Source: Bacteroidales bacterium (lineage in GTDB: Bacteria; Bacteroidota; Bacteroidia; Bacteroidales; UBA1402). From it: a stretch of 64,000 bases of DNA. Every line of letters begins with the position of its first letter. Within the stretch, counting starts at the first letter, position 1. Location of the stretch: the NCBI GenBank assembly GCA_021373135.1, contig JAJFTH010000006.1, forward strand, positions 388,119 through 452,118, given 5' to 3'. The position numbers were made by a program, and so were the translations under genes. This document shows, piece after piece, positions 46,565 through 56,422 of the stretch. Under the pieces are notes generated by a model that worked only from the letters and a program-made list of their open reading frames with translations, had not been told where the DNA came from and did no database searches.

Positions 46565-47521
46565 TTATTTTAGCCCTTCCAGGATTCTTTTGATGACGGT
46601 TTGTGCGGATATTTCGCGATTGGCAGCTTCCGGAATGACAAGACTGCGTGGACTTTCAATCACATCGTCCGTCACAATCATGTTGCGTCTGACCGGCAGG
46701 CAATGCATAAAGTGGGCGTTGTTGGTGACTGCCATCTGGCGGTCACTGACTGTCCAGCTCCTGTCTTTGCTCAGGATCTTCCCATAGTTTGGATCCTGAA
46801 AGGCCGACCAGTTTTTGGCGTAGATAAAATCTGCACCTTCGAAGGCTTTCATTTGGTCATATTCCACGCTGGCACCACGGACAAATTGTTCGCATAACTC
46901 GTAACCTTTGGGGTGGGTGATGACAAAGTCGACATCGGCCTCGTTCATGAAATCGGCAAAACTGTTCGGCACTGCCTGAGGCAAAGCTTTTGGATGAGGA
47001 GCCCAGCTAAGGACGACTTTTGGTCTGGCTGTTTCCTTGTGCTCTTCAATGGTGATAAGGTCCGCAAAAGCCTGTAACGGGTGACAGGTTGCTGATTCCA
47101 TACTGAAAACAGGTCTTCCAGAATATCTGATGAACTGGTTGATGATGGTTTCTTCGTAGTCGAATTTCTTGCTTTCAAAGTTGGCAAAAGAGCGAACGCC
47201 GATGATGTCGCAGTAACTTCCCATAACCGGGATGGCCTCCAGGAGGTGCTCGGATTTGTCACCGTCCATGACCACGCCGCGTTCTGTCTCCAGTTTCCAG
47301 GCACCTTGATTGACATCTAAAACCATGGTGTTCATGCCGAGGTTCATGCCCGCTTTCTGTGTACTCAGGCGGGTGCGGAGACTGGAGTTAAAGAAGACCA
47401 TCAGTAAGGTCTTGTTTTCACCAAGGTTCTTATAGGCATACCTGTTTTTCTTTATTTCGAGAGCCTCTTTGACCGCTTCGTTCAGATTGCCGAGGTCTTT
47501 GACACCGGTGTAATTTCTCAT
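46565..47521 (-). CDS. argF': N-succinyl/N-acetyl-ornithine carbamoyltransferase (Bacteroidetes ArgF'-type)
   Basis: The carbamoyl-phosphate motif is NSSLRTRLS. CHPLQAFADL and HCLPVRRN are also present. The N-terminus MRNYTGVKDLGNL...EIKKNRY resembles the Bacteroides ArgF' type. Start taken at ATG 47521, 10 nt after the cinA stop. Confidence 0.8.
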   Translation of the reverse strand: MRNYTGVKDLGNLNEAVKEALEIKKNRYAYKNLGENKTLLMVFFNSSLRTRLSTQKAGMNLGMNTMVLDVNQGAWKLETERGVVMDGDKSEHLLEAIPVMGSYCDIIGVRSFANFESKKFDYEETIINQFIRYSGRPVFSMESATCHPLQAFADLITIEEHKETARPKVVLSWAPHPKALPQAVPNSFADFMNEADVDFVITHPKGYELCEQFVRGASVEYDQMKAFEGADFIYAKNWSAFQDPNYGKILSKDRSWTVSDRQMAVTNNAHFMHCLPVRRNMIVTDDVIESPRSLVIPEAANREISAQTVIKRILEGLK

Positions 47522-47531
47522 ATTGCTTATA

Positions 47532-48812
47532 TTATTTCGTTGATTTTTCAATGATTTCCTTAATCATGGCAAAAGCTGAAAGTGTAGCTCTGCTGATGTT
47601 GATGTTGCGCAAATGTCCGAACTGGAACCTGCGGCTAATCATATCTGTTTGGGTGCAGACGCATATCCAGACGGTACCGACCGGCTTTTCCTCCGTTCCT
47701 CCGTCAGGACCTGCAATACCGGAAACAGAGACAGCCACATCTGCGTTCAGTTGTTTCAAAACACCTTTGGCCATTTGTTCCACCACTTCCTGACTGACAG
47801 CCCCGAATTCATCAATGGTAGCCGGTGATACACCCAGTACCTTTTCTTTAACTTCATTGCTATAAGCTACGACTGAACCTTTGAAATAGGCTGAGCTTCC
47901 GGCAACGGATGTAATCGTATGGGCGATGTTACCTCCTGTACAACTTTCTGCTGTGGCCAGTCGCAGGCCTTTTTCTTTCAGTAGTTTGCCGATAATGACT
48001 TCTTCGGAGGCGTCTTCTTCTGCAAGAATCGCTGTTCCGAGAATTTGTCGCAATTTGACCAATTCCTGACCGATGATGTCTTTTAATTGATCTTTGTCCG
48101 GAAGAAATCCGGTCATGCGTAATTTGACCAATCCGGGTTTGGGCAGGTAGGCCAGCCTGATGAAGGCAGGTAATGCGTTTTCCCAATCTGTCAATTTGAT
48201 AGCAAGGGAGGATTCCGGAATACCATACACCAAAACGGTCTGGTGCATCAGTGCCGGTGTGCTGAAATGGGCTTTCAGGCGAGGCATAATTTCATTGCTC
48301 ATGATCCACATCATTTCCGAAGGGACACCGGGCATGGAAACCAATATCTTGTTGTTTTTGTCAAACCAGGTGACTGGTGCCGTGCCCCGTTTATTCTGGA
48401 TAATGGTGGCTGATTCAGGAACGTTTGCCTGGCCGTAAGTCAGTTCGTTCAGTACGTTTGGCCTGTCGGCGAAAAGTTCGTTGATATTGTCGATAACCTC
48501 TTGGTTAAAGATCATTTTTGTGTGAAAATATTTGCAGAGTGTCTGTTTGGTGATGTCGTCTTTTGTCGGACCGAGTCCGCCGGTGACGAGAATGATGTCC
48601 GCTCTCTTGAAGGCCATATCAACGGCTTCCATGATGCAACTTTCATTATCCGGGACTGTCGTGATCTGTACAATCCGAAAGCCGTCTTTGTTCAGTTCTT
48701 TGGCCATCCAGGCAGAATTGGTGTCGACAATCTGTCCAATCAGGATTTCATCTCCGATTGTGATGATTTCCACCAACTGTCCATCGTTCAATTTTGATTT
48801 TTTTGGAGACAT
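47532..48812 (-). CDS. cinA: CinA family protein (MoCF-binding domain + nicotinamide-nucleotide amidohydrolase PncC domain)
   Basis: 426 aa. Contains IITIGDEILIGQIVDTNSAWMA, VTGGLGPTKDDITK and the C-terminal ATAESCTGGNIAH. Confidence 0.85.
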   Translation of the reverse strand: MSPKKSKLNDGQLVEIITIGDEILIGQIVDTNSAWMAKELNKDGFRIVQITTVPDNESCIMEAVDMAFKRADIILVTGGLGPTKDDITKQTLCKYFHTKMIFNQEVIDNINELFADRPNVLNELTYGQANVPESATIIQNKRGTAPVTWFDKNNKILVSMPGVPSEMMWIMSNEIMPRLKAHFSTPALMHQTVLVYGIPESSLAIKLTDWENALPAFIRLAYLPKPGLVKLRMTGFLPDKDQLKDIIGQELVKLRQILGTAILAEEDASEEVIIGKLLKEKGLRLATAESCTGGNIAHTITSVAGSSAYFKGSVVAYSNEVKEKVLGVSPATIDEFGAVSQEVVEQMAKGVLKQLNADVAVSVSGIAGPDGGTEEKPVGTVWICVCTQTDMISRRFQFGHLRNINISRATLSAFAMIKEIIEKSTK

Positions 48813-48813
48813 A

Positions 48814-50061
48814 TCATTTTCTAATTTGACCGTTTCCGTGAATCAACCACTTGTAGGTGGTCAATTCTTCCAGAGCCATGGGGCCTCTTGCATGCAATTT
48901 TTGGGTACTGATGCCAATTTCAGCTCCCAATCCGAATTGCGCTCCATCCGTAAAGGCTGTGGAAACGTTTGTATAGACGCAGGCGGCGTCAATAGCCCGT
49001 TCGAAAAGGGCACAGGAATCAGCATTTTCGCTGACGATGCTTTCGCTGTGTTTGGAACCGAATCTATCAATGTGATCCAAGGCTGCATTCAGGTCTGGAA
49101 CGGTCTTGATGGCCATCTTGTAGTCAAGGAATTCTGTACCGAAACTTTCTTCTGTCGCTTTTTGAAGCAGTTCGGAAGGATAGCGGCCCAATAAAAAGGT
49201 ATAAGCCTTGGTGTCGGCATAGATGATGACTTTGCTTTCCGCCAGTTTTTCGCAGAGGGCGGGAAGGTCGGCCAGTCTTTTCTCGTGAATGAGGAGGCAG
49301 TCCAGAGCGTTGCATACGCTGACCCGTCTGGTCTTGGCATTGTTGACGATCGCTGCTCCTTTGGTCACATCGCCTTCTGCGTCAAAATAGGTGTGACAAA
49401 TGCCTGCACCTGTTTCGATAACAGGAATCTTGGCATTTTCACGTACAAAATTGATCAGATTGGCACTGCCTCTGGGAATAATCAGGTCGACATAGCCTCT
49501 GGCTTTCATCAGTTCGGCTGTGGCTTCTCTTTCAGCAGGCAACAAGGTGCATACTGCAGGATCTATTCCGAATTTCTTAAGAACTTCGTGAATCACGGAG
49601 ACGATGGCGACATTTGATTGATGGGCATCGTGGCTTCCTTTGAGCAGGCAGGCGTTTCCGGATTTCAAACAGAGTGAAAAGACATCGAAGCTTACGTTTG
49701 GTCTGGATTCATAGATGATTCCGATAACACCGAAGGCAACACTGACTTTTTTCAGTTTTATTCCGTTGGGACGGGTGGTCTCCATCAGGGTTCGTCCGAG
49801 CGGGGATGGGAGAGCGGCCACATTCCGCATATCTGCTGCGATGCCGGAAATCCGTTCATCCGTCAGTTTGAGACGATCGTATTTTGGATCGGCTACATCC
49901 ATCAATGCCAGATCTTTCTTGTTTTCGGCCAAGATGAAAGAAGCCTTGTCTTCGGCTGCATCAGCTACGGCCAAAAGAACATCGTGAATGGTCTTTTCGG
50001 TGACGAAGGCGAGACTTCTGCTGGCCTTGCGTACGGATTCAAAAGTAGCATTTAGGTTCAT
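48814..50061 (-). CDS. proA: Glutamate-5-semialdehyde dehydrogenase
   Basis: 415 aa. Contains [21 protein letters not shown] and [11 protein letters not shown] (catalytic Cys). Confidence 0.92.
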   Translation of the reverse strand: MNLNATFESVRKASRSLAFVTEKTIHDVLLAVADAAEDKASFILAENKKDLALMDVADPKYDRLKLTDERISGIAADMRNVAALPSPLGRTLMETTRPNGIKLKKVSVAFGVIGIIYESRPNVSFDVFSLCLKSGNACLLKGSHDAHQSNVAIVSVIHEVLKKFGIDPAVCTLLPAEREATAELMKARGYVDLIIPRGSANLINFVRENAKIPVIETGAGICHTYFDAEGDVTKGAAIVNNAKTRRVSVCNALDCLLIHEKRLADLPALCEKLAESKVIIYADTKAYTFLLGRYPSELLQKATEESFGTEFLDYKMAIKTVPDLNAALDHIDRFGSKHSESIVSENADSCALFERAIDAACVYTNVSTAFTDGAQFGLGAEIGISTQKLHARGPMALEELTTYKWLIHGNGQIRK

Positions 50062-50071
50062 CTTCTTATGT

Positions 50072-51154
50072 TTAATCCAGATACAAATAATCGTAATGTA
50101 TCAAAGGCTTTTCTCCTTTTTTGCCGATCAATTCGTAGGCACTTTCGCTTCCGTATTGAGCCTTGCCTACACCAATCTGATGTCCGGCCTGGTCGAAGAT
50201 ACGGACGATATCGCCTTTTTCAAAGGAGCCTTCGATGCTTTTGATCCCGACAGGAAGCAAACTGTTTGCGTCATTTTTCAACAATGCTTCCAGACAGCCT
50301 TGGTTGATATACACCTTGCCTTTGGCAAAACCTTCAGAATGGGCGATCCATTTCTTGACGGCAGAGGCTTTCTTGTTGGCTACAAAGGTTGTGCAAATAA
50401 TATCTTTCGAAGCATCCAGCAGATCCGGCAGGATGTTCTCTTTTTTCCCGTTGGCAATATAAACGGCAATACCTTCTTCTGCAACTTTTCTGGCGATGTT
50501 TGATTTGGTCAGCATACCTCCTCTTCCGAAAGAGGATTTACTGGAGGCAATGTATTGTTTGAGATCCGTATCCGGTAAAATTTTTCGGATCACTTTTGAT
50601 TCCGGATCTTTGGGGTCTCCGTTGTAGATTCCATCGATATTGCTCAAAATAATCAGGGCTTCTGCGTCCATCATGGATGCAATCAGTCCGGAAAGTTCAT
50701 CATTGTCCGTGAACATCAATTCTGTTACGGAGATGGTGTCGTTTTCGTTGACGATGGGTATGACGCCGTTTTCGAGCATCACTGTCATACAGTTCTTTTG
50801 ATTCAGATAGTGTCCGCGACTACTGAAACTTTCTTTGGTGGTGAGCACTTGTCCGCAGGTAATCCCGTTCTTTTGGAAAAGGTCGTAGTAACGTTTGATC
50901 AGAATGGCTTGACCGACAGCCGAATAGAGTTGCCTTTGATCAACGGAATCAAGTTTTCTGGAGGCTTTGACTTCACTGCGTCCTGCGGCGACAGCTCCTG
51001 ATGAAACGAGAATAATTTCCACGCCTTTTTTTTGTAAATCGGAAACCTGATTTACCAAGGCCGACATCCTAATCATGTCGAGTGTCCCGTCTTCTTGAGT
51101 CAGGACGTTGCTGCCGATTTTTACGGCAATTCTCTTATATCGGTATGGTGTCAT
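50072..51154 (-). CDS. proB: Glutamate 5-kinase with PUA domain
   Basis: 360 aa. Contains [29 protein letters not shown] and a C-terminal PUA domain ([17 protein letters not shown]). Confidence 0.92.
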   Translation of the reverse strand: MTPYRYKRIAVKIGSNVLTQEDGTLDMIRMSALVNQVSDLQKKGVEIILVSSGAVAAGRSEVKASRKLDSVDQRQLYSAVGQAILIKRYYDLFQKNGITCGQVLTTKESFSSRGHYLNQKNCMTVMLENGVIPIVNENDTISVTELMFTDNDELSGLIASMMDAEALIILSNIDGIYNGDPKDPESKVIRKILPDTDLKQYIASSKSSFGRGGMLTKSNIARKVAEEGIAVYIANGKKENILPDLLDASKDIICTTFVANKKASAVKKWIAHSEGFAKGKVYINQGCLEALLKNDANSLLPVGIKSIEGSFEKGDIVRIFDQAGHQIGVGKAQYGSESAYELIGKKGEKPLIHYDYLYLD

Positions 51155-51330
51155 TCTTCAATTTTTTTATTTTCGCGGCGGTTGTAAGCTTTCTTGCTGG
51201 AATGAATCTTATGGGTGGATATCCAGCCCGGGGTATCAGCTTGTTGTATTTCCCGATCGGCAATTTTCACGGCTTTGATATAATCATCCACCGTCACTTT
51301 CATCGATATCTTTTTCTTCCGCTTTTTCAT
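51151..51330 (-). CDS. Unlisted 59-codon basic small ORF translationally coupled to proB
   Basis: My hand translation from ATG 51330 gives [59 protein letters not shown]. Its TGA (51151-51153) overlaps the proB ATG (ATGA). It starts 11 nt after the proC stop and fills the whole proC-proB gap. No family was recognised. Confidence 0.4.
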   Translation of the reverse strand: MKKRKKKISMKVTVDDYIKAVKIADREIQQADTPGWISTHKIHSSKKAYNRRENKKIEE

Positions 51331-51341
51331 CGCGAAAATAG

Positions 51342-52139
51342 CTATTCGATCAGACTGGCTTTTAATCCGCGAATAATGGAAGAAGAAAATCCGGCATTTT
51401 CCATTTCGTTCAAACCTTTAATGGTAACACCGCCTGGTGTTGTCACCTTGTCCACTTCCACTTCAGGGTTTGTTCCGTTGGCTTCAAGCAAAGCAATCGC
51501 CCCCTTCAGGGTTTGCATGACGACTTCTTTGGCGATATTCGGATAGATGCCCATTTCGACTCCGCCTTCGGTCGCTGCACGGATGTAGCGGAAAGCGTAT
51601 GCGATTCCACAGGAAGATAGAGACATGAATGCATTCAGTTGTGATTCAGGCACTAGCATGGCTTTTCCCAACTCGTTAAAGATATTTACCAATAATTCTT
51701 CCTGATCTGCGCTTGCATTGTATGATGTGATACATGAAAAGCTTTCGAGAACATCAATGGCCGTGTTGGGAATCATGCGGAAAAGTATTGGAACCTGAGC
51801 GTTTCTGGCAGGGAAATAGGTTCTAAGTTTTTCCAAAGATACTCCTGCAGCTATAGAAAGAATGATTTGGTTTTCATAATCCAGCTTATCCAGAATTTCT
51901 GAAGCAATGCCTTCCACCAACCAAGGTTTTACCGCCAAAACAACAATGTCTGCTCCCTGGATACTTTCACGGTTTGATGTGCTGCAATGAATTTCAGCGT
52001 TAAAGTTTTTGATATTCTGCAGACTTTTTTCATTAATATCACTTACATAAATTTCATTGGCTGCAAAATGGCTGCTTTTGCTTAAACCGCGGGCTATGGC
52101 ACCACCCATATTCCCTGCACCGATAATACTGATTTTCAT
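51342..52139 (-). CDS. proC: Pyrroline-5-carboxylate reductase
   Basis: 265 aa. The NAD(P) fold is ISIIGAGNMGGAI. The C-terminal motif is VTTPGGVTIKGL. Confidence 0.92.
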   Translation of the reverse strand: MKISIIGAGNMGGAIARGLSKSSHFAANEIYVSDINEKSLQNIKNFNAEIHCSTSNRESIQGADIVVLAVKPWLVEGIASEILDKLDYENQIILSIAAGVSLEKLRTYFPARNAQVPILFRMIPNTAIDVLESFSCITSYNASADQEELLVNIFNELGKAMLVPESQLNAFMSLSSCGIAYAFRYIRAATEGGVEMGIYPNIAKEVVMQTLKGAIALLEANGTNPEVEVDKVTTPGGVTIKGLNEMENAGFSSSIIRGLKASLIE

Positions 52140-52422
52140 CTCATTATTTTTTTATTCAAACATTTTGGTATTCGATGGAACTCGCCAAATAATTGTTCAC
52201 TTGTGTGAGCGATAGATCATGGGCTCGTTTCATATGATAATAATTTTTTCGTTAAAGGTCATATGGAACTCGCATGTCAGATTGTTGTCCCTTCGGAACA
52301 GAAGTTTTGCGTGACTCGGCATAGTCGAAGTAAACTTCGCCTCTGTTCTCGCTACTTAAAACTTCCATAAACTTGGACGTTTTTATAAACATGCTCGTTT
52401 CATCTCATTATTTTTATTTTCA
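52140..52422 (-). promoter_or_regulatory. Structured 283-nt intercistronic leader between argD and proC with duplicated proC start context and uORFs
   Basis: The minus strand carries AAAAATAATGAGATGAAA twice: at about 52398-52415 and at the real proC start. ATGAAACGAGC and GCGAGTTCCAT also each occur twice. Nested helices are TATGGAA/TTCCATA, GAACAGAGG/CTTCTGTTC and CGAAG-TTTA-CTTCG. See the finding for this region. Confidence 0.4.
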
Positions 52423-53544
52423 TTAAAGGACTTCATCCAATGCTTTCAAAAACACTTTGGCTTCTTCAATACTCAGGCAAAGAGGTGGAAGCAACCGGAT
52501 GACATTTGTCCCGCTGACACCGGTAAAGATATGTTTTTCGAAGAGCAGTCTTTGTCTGATTTCTTTGATGGGATTTTCAAATTCCAAACCGATCATCAAT
52601 CCGCGACCGCGAACTTCTTTGATTTTTGAATTTTTTTTGAGTTCGCCGATCAGAAAATTTCCTACATTGAGCGCATTTTCAATCAGATGCTCTTTTTCCA
52701 TGATTTCCAGAACGGCGATACCTGCTGCACAGGCCAGATGATTTCCGCCGAATGTGGTTCCCAACATTCCGTAAACTGGTTTGAACATGGGACTGATCAT
52801 CAGTGCGCCCATTGGAAAACCGTTACCGATACCTTTGGCTAAGGTAATTAAATCAGGACGAATATCGGCATACTGGTGAGCGAAAAATTTTCCGCTTCGG
52901 CCGTAACCGGACTGGATTTCATCCAAGATCAGGACTGTACCCGTTTCGGTGCAGATTTGGCGTAACTCTTGCAGAAATTGAGGGTTTGGCACTTGAATGC
53001 CTCCAATGCCCATGATGCCTTCAATGATGACGGCGCAGACATCTTTTGGAGCTAAAGCTTTTTTGACGGCTTCAATATCGTTTAAAGTAATGAAGGTCAC
53101 ATCAATGCCTTCGTTGATGGGGGCAACAATTTTTGGATTATCCGTTACACGGACAGCTGCTGATGTACGACCATGGAATGATTTCCTGAAAGCGACCACC
53201 TTTTTTCGTCCGGTATGGAAAGAGGCCAGTTTCAAGGCATTTTCATTGGCTTCTGCTCCTGAATTGATCAAAAACAGGCTGTAATCTTCGTAGCCGCATT
53301 GTTTTCCCAATTTTTCAGCGAAGTCCCTTTGCAATGTATTAATCACGGAGTTGGAATAAAATCCCATCTTAGCTACTTGCTCAGAAATTTTCTGAACGTA
53401 GTGCGGGTGTGAGTGACCTACTGAAATCACGGCATGGCCTCCGTAGAGATCTAGATATTCTGTCCCTTTGTCATCATAGGTATGGCAACCTTTGCCTTTT
53501 ACGATATTGATGTCAAACAGGGGATATACGTCAAATAGATTCAT
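52423..53544 (-). CDS. argD: Acetyl/succinyl-ornithine aminotransferase (class III PLP aminotransferase)
   Basis: Contains MNLFDVYPLFDINIVKGKG, FLINSGAEANE, LILDEIQSGYGRSGKFFA and the PLP lysine in LITLAKGIGNGFP. Start taken at ATG 53544. Confidence 0.88.
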   Translation of the reverse strand: MNLFDVYPLFDINIVKGKGCHTYDDKGTEYLDLYGGHAVISVGHSHPHYVQKISEQVAKMGFYSNSVINTLQRDFAEKLGKQCGYEDYSLFLINSGAEANENALKLASFHTGRKKVVAFRKSFHGRTSAAVRVTDNPKIVAPINEGIDVTFITLNDIEAVKKALAPKDVCAVIIEGIMGIGGIQVPNPQFLQELRQICTETGTVLILDEIQSGYGRSGKFFAHQYADIRPDLITLAKGIGNGFPMGALMISPMFKPVYGMLGTTFGGNHLACAAGIAVLEIMEKEHLIENALNVGNFLIGELKKNSKIKEVRGRGLMIGLEFENPIKEIRQRLLFEKHIFTGVSGTNVIRLLPPLCLSIEEAKVFLKALDEVL

Positions 53545-53566
53545 TGTTCCTTTGTTTAAAAAATAA

Positions 53567-54535
53567 TTAAAAGGCAACAGGCTTCAGATTCAGACCGGTT
53601 TTTTCATCTATTCCGAATAGGAGATTCATATTCTGGACGGCTTGTCCGGAAGCACCTTTAAGCAGATTGTCGATCACGGAAAGGATCAAGAGCTTTTTAC
53701 CGTGCTTTTCAAGGTGCAACAGGCACTTGTTGGTGTTTATGACTTGTTTCAGGTCTATATTTTTTCCGGTAACGAAAGTGAAAGCGGCGTCTTTGTAGAA
53801 ATCTTTATAAATGAATTCTGCTTCTTCGAGACTTCCATCAAAGTTGGTGTATGCACTGACGAAAATGCCTCGTGCAAAATCACCCCTGACTGGAATGAAA
53901 TTGATATCCTGGCTGAAATCCTTCTGAAGTTGTCTCATGGATTGCCTGATTTCCTGCAGATGTTGATGCTCAAAAGCCTTGTACACGGAGATGTTATCGT
54001 TTCTCCAACTAAAATGGGTGGTTGAGGATGGTTTGACTCCTGCCCCTGTCGAACCGGTGATGCCGGTGACATTGATTTCCGATTTTAGCAGTCCTTTGGC
54101 GGCAAGCGGTAAAAGTGCCAGTTGTATACAGGTGGCGAAACATCCCGGGTTGGAAATATGTTTTGCCTGGAGGATGGCTGCCTTGTTCATTTCAGGCAAG
54201 CCGTAAACAAAATCGTGGTCATCTCTTTTCTGCCGGTAATCGGTGGAAAGATCGATGATCTTCACTTGAGCAGGTATATCATTCGCTTCTATAAATTTCT
54301 TGCTGTCTCCGTGGGCTGAGCAAAGAAACAGGACATCAACGCGATCCAAAGGCAAGGCGTCGGTAAAAACCAGGTCGCATTCACCTATAAGTCCGCCGTG
54401 GACATCGGTCACATCGTTTCCGGCGTTGCTGCTGCTGTTGACAAACACGATCTCCGCTTGCGGATGATTCAGTAACACCCGTAGCAATTCGCCGGCTGTA
54501 AAACCGGCTCCACCTATTATTCCAATTTTAATCAT
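53567..54535 (-). CDS. argC: N-acetyl-gamma-glutamyl-phosphate reductase
   Basis: 322 aa. Contains IGIIGGAGFTAGELLRVL, the catalytic Cys in ISNPGCFATC and DNLLKGASGQAVQNMN. Confidence 0.9.
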   Translation of the reverse strand: MIKIGIIGGAGFTAGELLRVLLNHPQAEIVFVNSSSNAGNDVTDVHGGLIGECDLVFTDALPLDRVDVLFLCSAHGDSKKFIEANDIPAQVKIIDLSTDYRQKRDDHDFVYGLPEMNKAAILQAKHISNPGCFATCIQLALLPLAAKGLLKSEINVTGITGSTGAGVKPSSTTHFSWRNDNISVYKAFEHQHLQEIRQSMRQLQKDFSQDINFIPVRGDFARGIFVSAYTNFDGSLEEAEFIYKDFYKDAAFTFVTGKNIDLKQVINTNKCLLHLEKHGKKLLILSVIDNLLKGASGQAVQNMNLLFGIDEKTGLNLKPVAF

Positions 54536-54542
54536 TCAGGAT

Positions 54543-55745
54543 TTATTCTTTACCGTTTTTCTTTTGAACTGCATGGAAGATTTTGATGGAATTACCGTAA
54601 ATTTTGGTAAAACCTTTGGCGTCTTCGGCGGTGAACGCGGTCTGTGTTTCACCGTATTCACCAAATTCGGATTTCATTAGGTCAAATGGACTTTCAATGC
54701 CAACCAGTACATAGTTGTATGGACGTAATTTGATGAAAACTTTTCCTGTTACATTTTCCTGAGAGTTTGTCAGGAAAGCTTCGCAGTCGCGCATAACGGG
54801 ATCCAGATATTCTGCTTCGTGCAGGAACATGCCGTACCAGTTGCCTATTTGGTCTTTCCAATATTGTTGCCATTTGGTCAGGGTATGTTTCTCAAGCATT
54901 TTATGTGCATTGATGATGACGATGGGAGCTGCAGCTTCAAAACCGACCCGGCCTTTGATGCCGATGATGGTATCTCCGATGTGCATGTCACGACCGATGG
55001 CATAGCGGGATGCAATGGCTTCCACCTTTTGGATGGCTTTTACCTTATCCTTGAATTTTTCTCCGTTTACAGCTGCGATTTCACCTTTTTCAAAATCAAG
55101 TGTCAGCATTTCTTCACCTTTTGCAGTGAGTTGGGAAGGATAGGCTTCTTCCGGCAATGTCTGGTCTGATTTCAAAGTTTCTTTTCCACCGATGGAGGTA
55201 CCCCAAAGGCCTTTGTTGATGGAGTATTCCATTTTCTTGAAATCAGCTTCGAAACCATGTTCCTTCAGATAGTTGATTTCATAGTCTCGGGTCAGAACCA
55301 TGTCACGGGTAGGTGTGATGATCTTGATATTCGGAGCAAGTACATTGAATGTCAGGTCGAAACGGATTTGGTCATTGCCTGCGCCTGTTGAACCGTGTGC
55401 GACACAGTCTGCGCCGATAGACTTGGCGTACTCAATGATGGCAATGGCCTGGAAAATACGTTCTGAGCTGACGGATATGGGGTAAGTTCCGTTACGCAGT
55501 ACGTTTCCGAACACCATATATTTGATGCTTTTTTCGTAATAATCTTTGGTTACATCGAGGGTTACGTGTTTGACAGCTCCCAGTTTGTAGGCATTTTCCT
55601 CAATTTTCTTTAAGTTCTCAGGAGAGAAACCGCCCGTATTGGCTACTGCTGTGTAAACGTCATAACCTTTTTCTTCTGATAGATACTTTGCACAAAACGA
55701 GGTATCCAAACCTCCGCTGAATGCTAATACAACTTTTTCCTTCAT
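54543..55745 (-). CDS. argG: Argininosuccinate synthase
   Basis: 400 aa. Contains VVLAFSGGLDTS and AHGSTGAGNDQIRF. Confidence 0.92.
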   Translation of the reverse strand: MKEKVVLAFSGGLDTSFCAKYLSEEKGYDVYTAVANTGGFSPENLKKIEENAYKLGAVKHVTLDVTKDYYEKSIKYMVFGNVLRNGTYPISVSSERIFQAIAIIEYAKSIGADCVAHGSTGAGNDQIRFDLTFNVLAPNIKIITPTRDMVLTRDYEINYLKEHGFEADFKKMEYSINKGLWGTSIGGKETLKSDQTLPEEAYPSQLTAKGEEMLTLDFEKGEIAAVNGEKFKDKVKAIQKVEAIASRYAIGRDMHIGDTIIGIKGRVGFEAAAPIVIINAHKMLEKHTLTKWQQYWKDQIGNWYGMFLHEAEYLDPVMRDCEAFLTNSQENVTGKVFIKLRPYNYVLVGIESPFDLMKSEFGEYGETQTAFTAEDAKGFTKIYGNSIKIFHAVQKKNGKE

Positions 55746-55783
55746 AATGATTTTTTCTTCTGTGCCAAAAGGCTTATATATGA

Positions 55784-56335
55784 TTATTTTTTTTCTTCGT
55801 GTTCTTTGGGATCATAAAGCATGGCTGTACACATGCAGAATCTCCTTTTTTGTCTTTGCAGGATGTCATAGTTGACACAACTTTGGCAACCTTTCCAGAA
55901 AGACTCATCATTGGTCAACTCTGCAAAGGTAACCGGACGGTATCCCAATTCATAATTGATTTTCATGACGGCAGCTCCTGTGGTCAGACCGAACAGCTTT
56001 GCTTCCGGGAATCTGGTTCTTGAAAGTTCGAATGCTTTCCTCTTGATCCTTTTGGCAAGGCCGTGACCTCTGAATTTTTCCACAACGATCAAACCTGAAT
56101 TGGCAACAAATTGCTTGTTACCCCATGATTCAATGTAACAGAATCCGGCAAATTCTTCGCCTGCCAATGCTAAAATGGCTTTGCCTTCCAGTATCTTTTG
56201 AGATACATATTCTGGATTCCTTTTGGCAATACCGGTACCTCTGACTTTTGCAGCGTTTGCTATTGTTTCCAATATGGTATCGACGTATTTTACGTGTGAT
56301 TCGTTGGCAATTAATACATCAATTTGAGTGTCCAT
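55784..56335 (-). CDS. GNAT-family acyltransferase of the arginine operon (probable glutamate N-acyltransferase)
   Basis: 183 aa. The acyl-CoA binding motif is VVEKFRGHGLAKRIKRKAFE. Its position between argR and argG matches Bacteroides arg operons. The substrate (acetyl or succinyl) cannot be told from sequence. Confidence 0.6.
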   Translation of the reverse strand: MDTQIDVLIANESHVKYVDTILETIANAAKVRGTGIAKRNPEYVSQKILEGKAILALAGEEFAGFCYIESWGNKQFVANSGLIVVEKFRGHGLAKRIKRKAFELSRTRFPEAKLFGLTTGAAVMKINYELGYRPVTFAELTNDESFWKGCQSCVNYDILQRQKRRFCMCTAMLYDPKEHEEKK

Positions 56336-56422
56336 TTTTTATTCGATAAGTTTCATTTGTTTACATTGTCAAATTGCCTGGAAAAAGATAGGGTGTAAGG
56401 CCTGTTTTTTTCAGTGTTTTAA

